NCBI GenBank assembly: GCA_907165135.1 | Contig: OU015569.1 | Span: forward strand, 9,238,001-9,302,000 | Reading direction: 5' to 3' | DNA: 64,000 nucleotides | From: Oikopleura dioica | Lineage: Eukaryota > Animalia > Chordata | Shown: piece by piece, positions 15,001 through 27,734 of the stretch | Position numbering within the stretch: the first letter of the stretch is position 1 | Layout: each line of letters opens with the position of its first letter | Translations under genes and position numbers: made by a program | Notes under the pieces: generated by a model | What the model was told of the DNA's origin: nothing | Seen by the model: only the letters and a program-made list of their open reading frames with translations | Database searches by the model: none

Positions 15001-18000
15001 ATCGAAGGATGCTGCTATATTCCTGAAGCGAGTGTCGATGTTGCCACAGGAGAACTGACTATTGACGGAGAAACTATCGACGGTGTTTATGGACTCAGTC
15101 CAGTAAATAAAACATCGGCATTTACTGTGTCACTAAGTTCCTCCGGCGTGTTTGCTGATTTGCCAGTCAATGGTTCCACTAGAGCTCGACGTCAAGCTGA
15201 ATTCGCAAGTGCAGAACAAATTCAGCAACCTGCTATTTGCCTCCTTCCCGGTGAAATGGTGCTTTTTGAACTCGATATCAAATCAAATACCGCTGAGTCT
15301 CACTATCCAAAATACCAAGTTGGATCACTGTACAATTCCAATCCTGATTTCGACTACGGAGCATTTAGAACTCTTGAAGCTGTTATTTTGGAAGCTGAAG
15401 ATGATCAATCTCTGAATTTTGATAAATTCGCTTACATCTTTGAGCAAGAAGGGAACTTCGTGTTTTATAGCTCTCAGAATGAGCTTTACACAATCATTAT
15501 TCACGTCGCATTGGAGGGAACAAGCTGCGGTTCTGGCACGGAAGATTCCGAAAATATTCGCGTCCAACCTCAGTCAGAAAGGACCTTTAGCTCGTTTGGT
15601 ATTTCCAGAACAACGAATATCAATTTAACGCCGAATTGGCCGCTTATTGCTTCTCTTTCAATCACCATTATCCTTCTTATCTTGATTCTCCTTGTCTTTA
15701 GTACAGTATGGAGCCGAAAAGATCGTTCCTTTTCTCCTTGGCAGTATTGGAAGCCGAAATATCTTGCAACGGATATGCCTTATGTCTACCCACCGCTTGT
15801 TGCTAAAAACATGGAGCATAACTTAGATGAGGACCTTCTTGAAGAAGAAAATCAACAACGAGAAGATCACCTCACATCACAAGAACTATTCGACCGACTT
15901 GAGGATCAGAATCTTCAGATTGCATCACAAATGCAAAACCATCAAAGACAATTGCAAGAGTACTTCGAATCAATGCACCAAGAAGCTGCAAAGCTTCAAG
16001 CTTTCATTCAAAAAGCGAAGGAGCCGAAACAACAGTCCAACAGCAAGAAGGCTAACAAAATTCAAAAGAATGAGCTCGACCAAGTTACAGCAATCAAGAG
16101 CCGACAGACAATTACTGTTCAGGAAAAGAGTTATTTTTGTATCGTATTGAATGAGTTATATTTTTTAAGAAAATAAATAGGGCCTTTTTTACAAAAAGAA
16201 ATAAGTCTCCAAAGGATCAAACCGCGGCACGAGCTCTGATGACTACTGTTCAACAGCTACTGAATCAATTGAATCAAGGAAGAGTACTCATTACGGAAGA
16301 GATGGTTGATGCAGTACTTCAGAATAAATCTGACAAAAAGAACGGCCTTGAAGCGGGTGAGCAGGAAAAAATTGTCAAGGAAGAGATCGAGCTTGTCGAG
16401 AAACTTTGCACTGTGGATCTTGACTCTGAAGACGAACTAGCAAGACTTGTGAAAGAGGAAGCGGATCTTTTGGCTAATGCAAAGGACGAACAAGAGCGTA
16501 ATGAAATCATCGCAAATTACAGTGCTATGAAAGCGGCTTTGCAGAAGAGACGAAAAGATGATCTGGAGAAGCAAAAGGCCGCGCTTAGACAGCGACTTGT
16601 TGCGCGTCGCCGCCAAGATCTAGCCAAAAGGGTCTTTCCGGTCTTGATGAAGAAAATAATCAGCTTATCAAGGACATGGAAAACAAGACAGAGAAGATGC
16701 TTGCCGAAGAACGGTCTGGAGCAATTGTGGAGATGATGACAGCATCGAAACAAGTTCATAGTGACAAGAAAAAACGGATCAAGGCAGTTTACATGAACAA
16801 AATGTCGACTCGCGTGAAACCAGAGAACAAAGATCAGTTTGTGATCGCTGCTGATAATGCTATGGATCAGATAGAAAACGACTTCGCCGCAAAAATCCTT
16901 TCTGACTTGGAACGCGTCGACGAGTCTGGCTCAGTAGAATGGGAAGAAATCTGTAAAGCTATGGAAGCGAACTTCGCTAGCGAGCAAGACATTGCAACGG
17001 CGAAAGCAAATCATGACTACCAGCTGCTTGTTGAAAAACAAGCAGTTTTGGAAAATGTTCAAACTACAGAAATCGACGAGATCTCAAAAACTCTCCAAGG
17101 ACTTATCGAAAAGTACAGTAACGATCCGGATTCGATCTTGAATGATTTCAATCAGCAGATGGCGGAGTTAGAGGAAGGTTCGAATACTGAAAAACAGCGT
17201 CAGAATCAACGAATTCAAGAGCGCCTTAGGAATGGTTCTCTAAACTTATTTTATAATCGTACACATGATTATTTATGATGCACTTACATAACACTAGTTA
17301 AAGCTATTTAAAAATATAATAATTAATGAACCGCTTTCAAAGAAAACTGCACAAGGACAAAATAAAAGAAATCGAACGTGATGCACTTGCGAAGCTAAAA
17401 GCAATGAACGCAGTTGATCTCAGCGGTGATGACGAATTGGATGGTCAGTTCGCCCAACAACTAGCCGAGGTCGCGGACAAACAAGCATCAGAGCGAGAAG
17501 AACTCGAGCGTGAGTTGGCAGAAAAGGAAGCCGAAGAACAACGCCGACTTGAAGAAGAACTTGCTCGACAGCAGAAACAGACCATGTCAGAACTCAACGC
17601 CAAACAGCAAGCAGAAATTGAAGCGCGCCAGGGTAATCTTACAGACTCGCAAATGAAGATGATGCTCCTCGCTCATAGCAAAGCACAGGAAGAAGCCCAA
17701 GACGCACTCAATGATAAGCATGCTGCACAGCAAGATGCACTCAAAGCTCGACTAGCTAAAATGCGACGAGATAAGACCATGAAACTGGAAACGAACCAAG
17801 AAGAGGAAATGTCTAAGGAAAAAGAGCGAATTGACGAGGAAATTAAAGAACAAACACGTCAAAAGCAACTTGAAGCCGAGAAAGAAGCTGCGATGAAACT
17901 GATTGCTGATACTGGAGCTTCCACGGAAGAAGTCATTGATGCGATTATGGATCGACGACATCGAGCTGAAATCGAAGCATTCAATGCAGAGATGGATGAA

Positions 18001-19341
18001 GAGCTCTCTCGAAGACTCGAAGCTGCAACGGAGGACGGGGTTCTACCTGAGCATGCAAAGGCGAAAATCGAACATGACATGCAAGTGGAAAGAGCTGCAG
18101 GCCTTTTGAACTTGAAGGAAAAACACTACCAAGAGAAACTTGCAATGCTCACGGAACTCGCCCCACTTGCAGCTAAGAATGCTGAAAATGACAAGAAAAA
18201 ACTCGAAAAGGCACGCAAGAAAATCGAAGAAGAGCAAGCACAGCAAGAACGGGAGCTTGCCGCTGAGCGAGAGAAATGGGAAGCTGAGCAGAAACGGCTA
18301 ATGGAAGAGGAAATGGGCAAGTTTGAGTCCGAGCTCGATCAGAAACTTCTTGAAGAGGAACAGCGTCTGGCAGAAGAGCTCGAAGAAAAACAAAAACAAC
18401 GGGAAAAAGCGGAAAATGAGAAAAAGCAACAGCTGGAGGAAGAACTTGCTCAGAAACTTGCCGAAAACGCTCAAGCTGATCACGCAAGACTGTTGGCAGA
18501 ACATCAATCTCAAATCGACAAAATCTCAGCAAGACAGGGACTCGACAAGGCAAAAATGGCAGAACAAATCAAGAAACGCTTGGAAGCAAAGAAACAGATT
18601 GCGATGAAGGAAAAGCAAGTCGAAGTTGACGGCGATCATCAATTAGCTGTGGAAGATTTCGAAAAGAATCAAGTCGAAAAGATATCGGAGAGAAAAGCTG
18701 CTGCTGAAGAGGTCGAAGAAGAGGAAGAATTTGACGGACCCTTGACAGAAGCACAGCTTAAAAAGGTTCTCGCCGGATTGCCATTGCTCGGCTCTCTCAA
18801 CAACATCAAAAATTTCCTGCAAAAGAGTTTCCTCGATGAAGACGTCGTTTATGGCGATATAAATCCGATCGATATAAGCGAGCTCGATAAAGTTGAACTT
18901 CTAAACTATAACTACGCCATTTATTTGCTGAAATTCTTCAAATCAAATCTGAGAGCGGGAGACGCCACTAGAATTGTTATTTCTGAACCCATTCCGCAAT
19001 CCAAAAATGAGTTTGGAACCGATCTTTATGTCAGTGGCAATGATCTCGTCATAAGACGACGAGTTTTCTCTACTGAGCCAGGTAATTCTACCCGATATTA
19101 TTTCGATATCATTATTCAAGTCTTACCATTAGGATATTAATTTCTTTTTGAAGGTAAACTTGCAGTGGTGCTCTCTTGGGCATTCGCAACTGCTGTCGGC
19201 GAACAAAAGAAATCCAAGGGCAAAACTGCTGGCTTCGTTCAGCAGGTGTTCTTCCAAACTCAAAGTCTCCTCATGAACGAGGCATTCCTGCTCCTCAACT
19301 CAGACAACCGCCGCGTTCCCAAGGAACTCACTGAAAACTAA
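1..19341 (+). CDS. Giant cysteine-rich (CPxGxYC, GCC2_GCC3/ephrin-receptor-like repeat) single-pass membrane protein with long cytoplasmic coiled coil; 5' end lies upstream of the window
   Basis: Reading frame is open from base 2. ORFs 17-4000, 3826-16176, 16239-16736, 16676-17278 and 17326-19140 plus a last exon 19154-19341 (GT-AG intron 19082-19153, stop TAA 19339-19341) form one continuous protein. Many dozens of CPxG(Y/F/H)(Y/F)C repeats run to about 14700, then RARR (15181-15192), a hydrophobic TM WPLIASLSITIILLILILLVFSTVW (15637-15711) and an E/K/Q/A-rich helical tail. Two -1 frame breaks (about 3955 and 16627) must be bridged; the boundaries of the intron near 16120-16210 are uncertain. 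Confidence 0.85.
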
Positions 19342-19432
19342 GCCTAAGACTACCGATCCTGCAATCCGATAAACACTGAAACAATGCCACAACTCTACAT
19401 GCAAAAGATTGTATATTTTTTTACTCACTGAA

Positions 19433-19438
19433 AATAAA
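19433..19438 (+). terminator. Polyadenylation signal of the giant gene
   Basis: AATAAA about 90 nt after the stop at 19341, followed by T/GT-rich sequence. Confidence 0.55.
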
Positions 19439-19616
19439 TTTTACCAACAAAATACGCGCGCCACATTAAATTCATGGGAGTTTGTCGTGGTAAGTCAGAC
19501 GTAATAACATGGATGGAATGTATTGTTTTGTAACATGTTTAAGTTGTTTTTAAGTAAAGTTCATTTGGTTGAAAAAATTGATATTCTGTAGAGGCGAAGT
19601 TCAAGGATGTTTATCT

Positions 19617-20333
19617 TCAGTTAGTTGACTTTGATTTGAAGTGTTCCTAGTTTGGAAAACATTAGAAGGTATAAACCAACACAAGGCGGTACCTTTACTT
19701 TGAGATTGTATGACTCTCTTTCTTTTACCCATTGATTGGCTGCTTGGGCATTCAGTGGCGAGTTGGGATTGGGATCATTCAAGAGTGATTGCAAGCTAAA
19801 AAAGGTTACGCCGGGAATGGTCAGTAGTTCCAAACCTGAGAAGAAGTCCGCGAATATCCATAGCAGCAGACCACTTTTCATTCAGAATATCGAGGCATAT
19901 TCTTCCTGCCATGTCAACATTGGGGTGCCAAACGGGAGACTAAAATCAAAGCTAAAGAAAGAAGAAAAAGAGTTATCTAACCGTGAACTTGCAATTTGGC
20001 GGCTTCAAGGGGTACTCATCAGAAAATTCCATTTGTAATTTCAGTTCCATCCCTTCGTAAGGACTATCAGACGGTCCGTGAATTGTACCAGCCCACTTGA
20101 AGAAATTTTCGCCATCGGGAAAAGCAGAGATGCCAGCGCTCATACAGCTGAAAAAATTTTAGCTTCGAGATCACCAAATAAAGCGGCACGTACCTTGGAT
20201 CAGTAAGAAGCTGGGAAAGCTCGGCATGAAGGCGCTTTGAGAGAATTTGGCCGCTGGTCTTCACATTGTTAGTACTTTTAGATTTCGCTCCCCCAACTCC
20301 GACATCCATTCCCGGAAGTGCGTTCTGTTCCAT
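19617..20333 (-). CDS. UBE2C: Ubiquitin-conjugating enzyme E2, UBE2C/UbcH10-like (5 exons)
   Basis: Spliced by eye: ...[49 protein letters not shown]...[35 protein letters not shown]...[19 protein letters not shown]...EHFKSKSTN*. The catalytic HPN...C motif is present; the N-terminal extension and the ISAFP..NxFKW segment fit UBE2C. Four GT-AG introns. Confidence 0.8.
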
Positions 20334-20799
20334 CCGAAACTAAATGAGTCGACTTTGAGATAGGTTGAAATTAGTCATTGGAAATTGAGCTCATGCAGTT
20401 GAGAAAGGAATGAGGACACTGCGTTTTAAGTTGAAGATATAGCATTTGAGGGAGATTCCTTTAGGAAATAGTACTTTTAAATTGATTACAGTGGGTCAGA
20501 ACTTGAGAACGTCAAACCAAAGGAATTTGGTTCTATAAATAGGGCAAACAAAAACGTTATTTAAGAACGAGTTTTTCCTTGAAATCGAAAACTTTGGAGG
20601 TCAGTGAAAGTCGGAGAATAAAAAAAGAAATTCAGTCACTTCAGAGTAGTGTAAAAAGCACCAGTATGTGACAATGACTACTGCTCCAAATGAATTTAGG
20701 TCTCATTGAAATTTTAGTATTTCGAAGAGGAAAAAAGAAGAAGTCAGAAAAATGAAGAAGTTTCTAGAGGTGGTGAGCAACTGATAAATCGATCGAAAA

Positions 20800-23700
20800 A
20801 AGTTCAATCAAATTTCGAGGCTGTTCTTCGAGAGGCTGAAATCGTCAGAGATAGAATTCTTTAAAAGGATTGAAGAATATTAGATAAGGAAATTAATTCA
20901 GTTATATAAACTATCAAATCCTTTCCTTGTTCTTGAGAGGTCGTGGTAGTGATCGGAAAAGATTCATTGGTGGCGGTACAGAACTCGTGGAGACGTTAGA
21001 TACATTCGCTTTTTTGGGTGAGGCTTCTTCGCTGGGTTCTCTGGTCAAGACAGACGAGCACACTTGTTTGAGGCGCAAGGCCCACTCTTCTGCGTCGGGT
21101 TTGAGAATTGGTTTGAAAACGGCACGATTGCCACTGCCGTTTATCGTTATCGTACCGTCAGATAGCTAACTCATTTGATAAATCCGTAATTGATTGACTA
21201 CAATTACCTCCCATGTCATTTTTCGCGTCGAAATCGAGTACTTAGGAATGTATTCCTTCGTACTTTCTGCTTTCTTGCAGATGATAGCGGCAGTTTCGAA
21301 GAGGAAACAGTGGCGTTCTCTATTCTTCTGCATTGGCAGAATTTTCTCGTTCTTGAGTACGACTTGTCCTTGAAGAATGAGCTCTGATCGCGGAACGCTG
21401 GAGTGCTGGAGCATCGCCAGGTGAATAGCGTCATTAGCTTTCCTGGGAATGTCCTCGACCATTTTCAGGGCTTCCTGTAGTTTACTCTTTGAGTGTGCAC
21501 TTCCAATCGAACACTGCTATGTTTAGGTTTTTTAAAAATCTGATTTACGTAAAAGAGCTGCTCTAGAACACAAAAAATAGAAGCATCGTTTGAAAATAAA
21601 ACCTTTGCCTGAAGCTCTCTGAGCAGCATTGTGTACTTGGGTATGCGTTGAACAGGCCAGATTAGACACGAATTCAGTGGCTGGGGAGCGTTTTTCTTTT
21701 GATGGACACCAGCAAAATAGCCTTCGGACTCGTTCGCAATTATTTCTGTCGATCTGAACGTACCGTTTGGGATCAGAAATGGATTAAAGACGGAGAAAAC
21801 CGTCATCCGTGAAATAGAAAACAGCGAAACTCGAAAACATAGTAATTAAGTGTCTCGCCTTTAAAATTCATAAGTAGTTACCTTTCTCTTCCCTTGCAGT
21901 ACTCGACATATAGTTGACAAAGTCGATCCGCATTAATAACAAAGCAGTGCGCTATATCGTCAACTTCAAGGGCTATCTGTAGCTGGGAGTAAAAGTCTTC
22001 GTGGAAGGCCAAGAGCTCCCGAATGTTCCCGAAAATTGCATCGACATTTTCACGAATCGGGGGAGGAGCTATTTTTTCCTTCGCAGCGGGAAGATAAATC
22101 TAGAACGGAATAATTCTAGCTCCCAAGTAACAACTTACTGTTAGACACAATTTGAGAATAGAAATACACTCAGCTTCTGTTTTGAGTAATTCTGCTTGCA
22201 ACAAGCTCTGTCTCTTTGTGTCCCCTTTCTTATTCTTTGACGCTTTCCCGTTTATGTTGTTTTGGTTATTGGGAAGTTCTAGAGACTCGAGATTATAGGG
22301 CGGGTTCTCCAGCTTCACTCCGGCATAACTATGCACATCGATATGTTTTTGCTTGATTTTATGCAGCCAGGCTTTGATCTTGCTCTTGTGCGCGTTCGTA
22401 TCGTTGATTTCACTTATTTCAAATATTTTCTGGATGGCACGGTTTAACTTTGGCAAATTAGCGGTAACTTGGGCAGGATTTAGTTGCATGTTCCTCTGCA
22501 TCTCATTCAGGGCGCATCTAATTCACAATAAACAGTGATTACTTGTCAATTGAACATACCTGCAGGAGTTTTGGAACATCAGAAAAATGTGTAACTGTTC
22601 GAGGACTTTTTTCTTTGCGGACCATGCTCGATGAACTTCCTGATCTGCTTGTCTCAGATTAGACAGCAAACCGATCACCAAGTCTTTAGTACTTCTCGCT
22701 TCTTCTGGTATAAGCTTCACGAAACTGTTTCCGTAGTTGTGGCCCATCGAAGTAGCATCGTTAAGCAGTTTCCGTTGAGCTGCATGCTTTTCTATTGCCT
22801 TCTGCAGCTGCGAGAGTTCCATTTCTAATTAAAGTGTTAAAAAATGAACTTGGTTTTGGAAAACTCACGATCTGAAATTTCTGGGTCGTAAATCTCACCA
22901 CTTTTATCGCTATATTCCTTTTTAAGACTATCAAGCGCTTGGAATACGTCGTCATAAGTAGTGTAAAACTTTATTGCCTTCTTGATTAACAACTTTCGAT
23001 CCTCAACCATGAGCTGTAAGCCAGACCAAACGGCGTTAACTTCCTGTCTCCGCGTGATTACTTCGTCAGCGTCGGGTTTGTTCGTTTGTTGGATCATCTC
23101 AAAGTCTTGCATAACTTGCTCAGTACGATCCATTACTGAGCCGTATTGCTTGAATTCTTGCTGGGTGAACTCGGCAGATTCCAGCGAATCTACTTTGCAA
23201 GGTGCTCCTTCGAACAGATGCTGCGCCTTCTTGAGCCAGCCAAGAGTCCAGGCAGCGTTCTGAAATAATTTTCAAAGGTTTTAACCTTTGGATACTCGTA
23301 CGTTTAGCGCTTCTTCCATTTGGCCTTGATGCTCCAAAAAGTTTTGGGTTTCTTCAACCAGTTGTTCGAAAAGTCGCTGTTCTTTGTTTAATTTCTATAA
23401 ACGACTTTAATCTTTTGAATAAGCGTGCTTGAGTGTACCTGTAAGTACTCTTCTGTTTTGTCTATATTTTCGTCTCTAATCATCAACAAGTCGCGACCAG
23501 CGCGGCCAAGGTCGAAGCACTTTCCTTGCTCCTTGATTTTGAACGCGTTTAGTTCCTGTATAAGATGGCCGAAGTCGGAACCACTTCTTTGAGTTTCTCG
23601 GTTAGCACTCTTGTTGTAGTTCAATCGCCACTTTTGAAGCTTTTCGCACTGTTCGTCCACTTCTTTCTCCCATTCAACGCGTGCCTTCGCAGCTTCAAGC

Positions 23701-26399
23701 CGCGCTTGGTCCGACGCTAGCTGAGAGTTCAGCTGACCTTATAAATTCGTTTTAAATTTGCCCAGCACAAAGCACTCTCATCCTTCGCCACAATAAAATA
23801 GATTCAGAACTTACCTTGCCCTTTCTCGATCGAATGAACGATGTCCAGAATGTGCTGTTCTGCGTAGGGATCAGATCTTTTCAGCCGAGCTACTAAATAC
23901 GCCCCTTCCGAGACGGTTATCTTCATCGCCACTAAACAATAAGCTCATTATCCTCATAGATGAAAGTGATTCTTGCCTTTAACTTCGCTTCGATTGCGCT
24001 CGAACTGCTGGACATCGCCTTGACCATCGCGTTGAACACGCAACTCATCGAAAATTTTCCAAATCTCTTTCACTTTTGTGTAAAACGATACGGCAGCTTC
24101 CAATAGCTCGCGTCGCGCTCGTACCTCATTTTGAAAAGCGTCCGTCAGATCTAACGAATTCAAGAGAAAGATAGCGAATCAAAGAACAACCTTTTAATGT
24201 TTGGCACTTGTTTCCGATGAACGAATGGTACTGCTCGAATTGAGTGGTTAGAGAATGTCCAGTACTGAGCAGCTTTTCGACGTTTGAATAAGTGTTTTGG
24301 CAGACGCGCTCGAACTCTGCATGCCTTTCCAAAAGCTTCGTCGCTCGTTCCTGGCTTTTCCCAATGGAAGTGGATTTGTCGAGAAATGGACGTCCGAGCT
24401 TGTTGATCCACTTAGATACTTTCTCCGCGTCTAGGTAAAAGGCGGCGATCTTGCGCGAGGTTTCAGCGCAATCGCGTACTCTGTCCCTCAGGCTTAGTAG
24501 CTCATCCAAAGCCTCGCAAATAATCTCCACCGAAGATGACATATCCAGCTGAATAAGGGTTTTAACGCTGTCTGCTCCGGGGCATCATCACAAAGGGTCA
24601 CTTTTAAAATCAAACTACTGCCTTTATCATTTTTAGTGACCCGAAGCTTTTGCATATGTTTTCATCTAATTTCTATGAGCTGTTCGTTGAAACTTCATGT
24701 TTAGTTTTTTTCATGGTTAACCGATAAATATACTTGTAAAGTTTCTTGGGGCATAAATGACAGTAAAGCTCTTCGAACAACAGTTTCAAAAAAATGTTCC
24801 AAAATTCGCTCATCGTTGGAATAATAATTGAATCGATGAAATTAACAGAAGCAAACCTCTGCTCATATATTTTAGCACAAGATCAACATACCTTAATACG
24901 CTTGTCATCGTCTGTAGTGTCTTGAAGAAATGCCAATAGTTTTTTGCCGCTCGACGCCACTGATTTATGGAGTTGATGGCACATTGTGCAGAATTCTTCC
25001 GCATTGATTGCCAGCGTCTCGTAGTCCGTTGTCGTCTCGAAGCCTGTTCTACGGTGGCACGCGTCCAAAAGGTCCTGCATGTGTCGAATCCAAGCGTCGC
25101 ACTGCCACTGAAAGTTGTCCCTTCCTTCCCAGAAGGAGGACGCTTCTTTCAAGATCTTGTTTCGCTCATTAAGTCCCTTTCAAAGGCGTTTTTTCTTGGG
25201 ACTAACGAGAATAGTGTGAAATATCAGCGCTCTTCTATCAGCGGATCAAACGTTCTCTTCAACGCCTGTTTCCTGAATGAGTTCGTTCCACTCCCTTTCG
25301 AGCTTTGAGCACATCGGTTCCAGAAGCGGCAAGAACCTAGCTCTGTCGACTGCTTTGTAAATCCACTCTTTATAGAGCTTTTCGGCTGATGCGCAAGCTT
25401 CGATATTCTTTTCGCGCAAGCGCTCTGTTTCAATTGCATCGCGGCCTATTCAGGGATAAATCATCATTGAATTTTACGCCCTGGGGATAACTCCCCTTGA
25501 CGAGCATGAAAAAAGTTTGTCCCGCTCCGATTTTACGCGCTATGTGGTCGAACTTGCAGCGATGTTCATTGACAGCGTCGAAAATGTAGTCTAAAAGTAG
25601 CTTTTAGAAACTGCCCGCTTAGGAAATAGACACAACTATACCTGACAAGTTCTCTTACTGACCTTTTATTGAAGACTCGGCATCGCGCGCCCGTATTACT
25701 TGAATCAAGTATTTTTCGGTTTGCTTCCAAACTTTACGTAGATCCGCGTTTTTCTGATTCAAGATGAGACTCTCACTCGTCTCGGGAGACACGGAGACAG
25801 ACTCAACCTCGATCAACGTCTTCTGAACGTTGGCTTGATTTCGCTTCTTCAGATTATTCGCTTGAAGTTGACACTTTAGCAACGAACATGTTAGTTCTTG
25901 ATATACCTTCTGTCAATTCCGGTGGGAAATCCTGGAGCCGCTTGTTTAGTTCTGTTAGCTCCCCGATTCTGTCCTGGCATCGTTGCTTTACGATGCTTTA
26001 GAATTACCGAATGCTATCATGAATGTAAGATATGTAGACATCCAAGAATAGACCGTGCTAAATATGGATCGAAAGACTAAAGACTAAAATGACAAAAATA
26101 GATACAAAATCGCAATTTCGTAAAGCGAAGAATTATCTGAAGCTCATTCCTGCGCCTGTTGGCAGCGCCATTCCCAAACATTCGGCTGTTCCATTCAGCT
26201 CAACCTCGCTCTTCTTCTGTTCATTATTTTTTGGGAAGATCTTTTTCCTCGGATCGTCTTCTCTTGTGACAAGTGAGTCGTATTTCTTTTCGGATTTTTT
26301 ATTTCTTTTCGGAGTTGGACTCTGTATCTGGCGCGTTCCTTGCTCGGCAGCCAAGAGACCGTCGATCGCGGCGGTTTTTGCGGCGACGCGGCCGCCCAT
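20800..26399 (-). CDS. Spectrin-repeat Dbl-family RhoGEF (Trio/Kalirin/DBS-like: spectrin repeats + DH + PH); both ends approximate
   Basis: Multi-exon minus-strand ORFs with spectrin-like repeats (e.g. KWINKLGRPFLDKSTSIGKSQERATKLLERHAEF; VNAVWSGLQLMVEDRKLLIKKAIKF), a DH motif LNSCLIWPVQRIPKYTMLLREL (about 21620-21690) and a PH segment ELILQGQVVL...RERHCFLFETAAIICKK...EEWALRLKQV (21050-21380). Confidence 0.75.
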
Positions 26400-27734
26400 T
26401 GGCCGAAACTTATCTCCCGAAAATCAAAAAATCAAGGCCGCAACGGAATTTCTTCAAGAACAGCTGTTCCATCGAGCAGCCAAGTCCGACCAGTCAATCA
26501 AGCGTGCACGTGGACTTAGCTGACCCTGCTCGTTTCTCTCTCGTTCCATCTTCCGAGTACCTAAGCATCCCATTTTTAACATCAATAACTCAACCAACTA
26601 TATTTTATCGGAATTAACTGCATCATAGGGAATTTGCTAATAAGCTTAAAACAGTGATAAAATGGTAAAGACATTTCTCGAAAATTAGAATTAACGATGA
26701 ATACATACTTAACATCTACTTTAGAAGAATGTTACTGTCATAAACAGAGTTGGTAAAAGCAAGTTAACCGCGGCCTTACTCATTAAAACCCTCAAGAGTA
26801 AATATGGTTTTTAACCTGTCAATATTTGGGTCTAGGTGTCTGCTGATCTCTTCTCTTCAATGCATCTCATTTCATGCCCAGAGTGTTTCAAGAACTGCGC
26901 CCGTGTTTGTCTATACTCGACATTGCTTCAGTACGAGTAGAATGCATGACGGTTCAAGTTCTCTAACGATCGCATGGTGCTTGATTTAAAATGGTAAGCT
27001 GCCCTGGAAATAATGCAAAAGGAGACAGTACTGAAGTTATTTCTGGAACTCGAGAGGCCCGAAATAGCACTTTTTTTGTTGAACTGAAAGGATTTATTTT
27101 TGTTGTTTTCGAAGTTAGGGGCAAGCTGAAAGGATTTGAAAATCGAATTCGGACATAAGGTGGTGATTTTCTATTTCGCGGTTTCCAAAATAAAAAAGTA
27201 GTATAAGAAACTCAGTCATGAAATCATCTGTCAACAGTTGGCTTTATTTGTTTTAAGTTGGTTGGCATTTTTGGTGAAACGAAACAAGTTAATAGCGAGC
27301 AATCATAGGGGGTGACCAAACACATTCAAACACAAAATATTCTAGGCTGCACCTACTGGGCCCCCTTTTCATATATTCTCATAGCACTCTTCATACACAT
27401 TCAGAACTATTGCAGTTTCGCAAAAAGTGGTGTAAAACAAATATATCAAACGACTGAGTCTAAAAACGTGAAAGACGAATCCTCTGTTTCTCATATTTGC
27501 ATATTATTATTTAATACTCATATCGGGGATTTGGGTTGGTTTCGAAGACGTAAAATATAAATAGCTAGTGATAATGAATATCTTTGGAGCAATTGCGGGT
27601 TAGTGTTATTTAGATTGATAACGTAGAAAGTTGTTAGGGGTGGCTGTGTCTCTTCAGCTACATGGTAATATGGGTAAGCTAGTTTCCCGCGTCTTGCGTG
27701 TGAAATTCGATCAGAAATAGATAACCTCCGACAT

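Noticed and set aside
30-16150. Dozens of 60-290 aa ORFs overlapping the giant gene on both strands
   Set aside because: Shadow frames of a repetitive Cys/Gly/Pro-rich coding sequence; no independent motifs or signals.
3951-16633. Programmed -1 ribosomal frameshifting at the two AGCCAAAA sites
   Set aside because: Neither is a canonical X XXY YYZ heptamer, they are in different codon phases, the same string occurs unshifted at about 3060 and 4357, and a single missing A in a homopolymer explains both.
20580-20863. Purine-rich plus-strand stretch reading as a coiled coil (YFEEEKRRSQKNEEV...EAEIVRDRIL*)
   Set aside because: No consistent start or in-phase splice model could be built, and it overlaps the likely 3' end of the RhoGEF; left unresolved.
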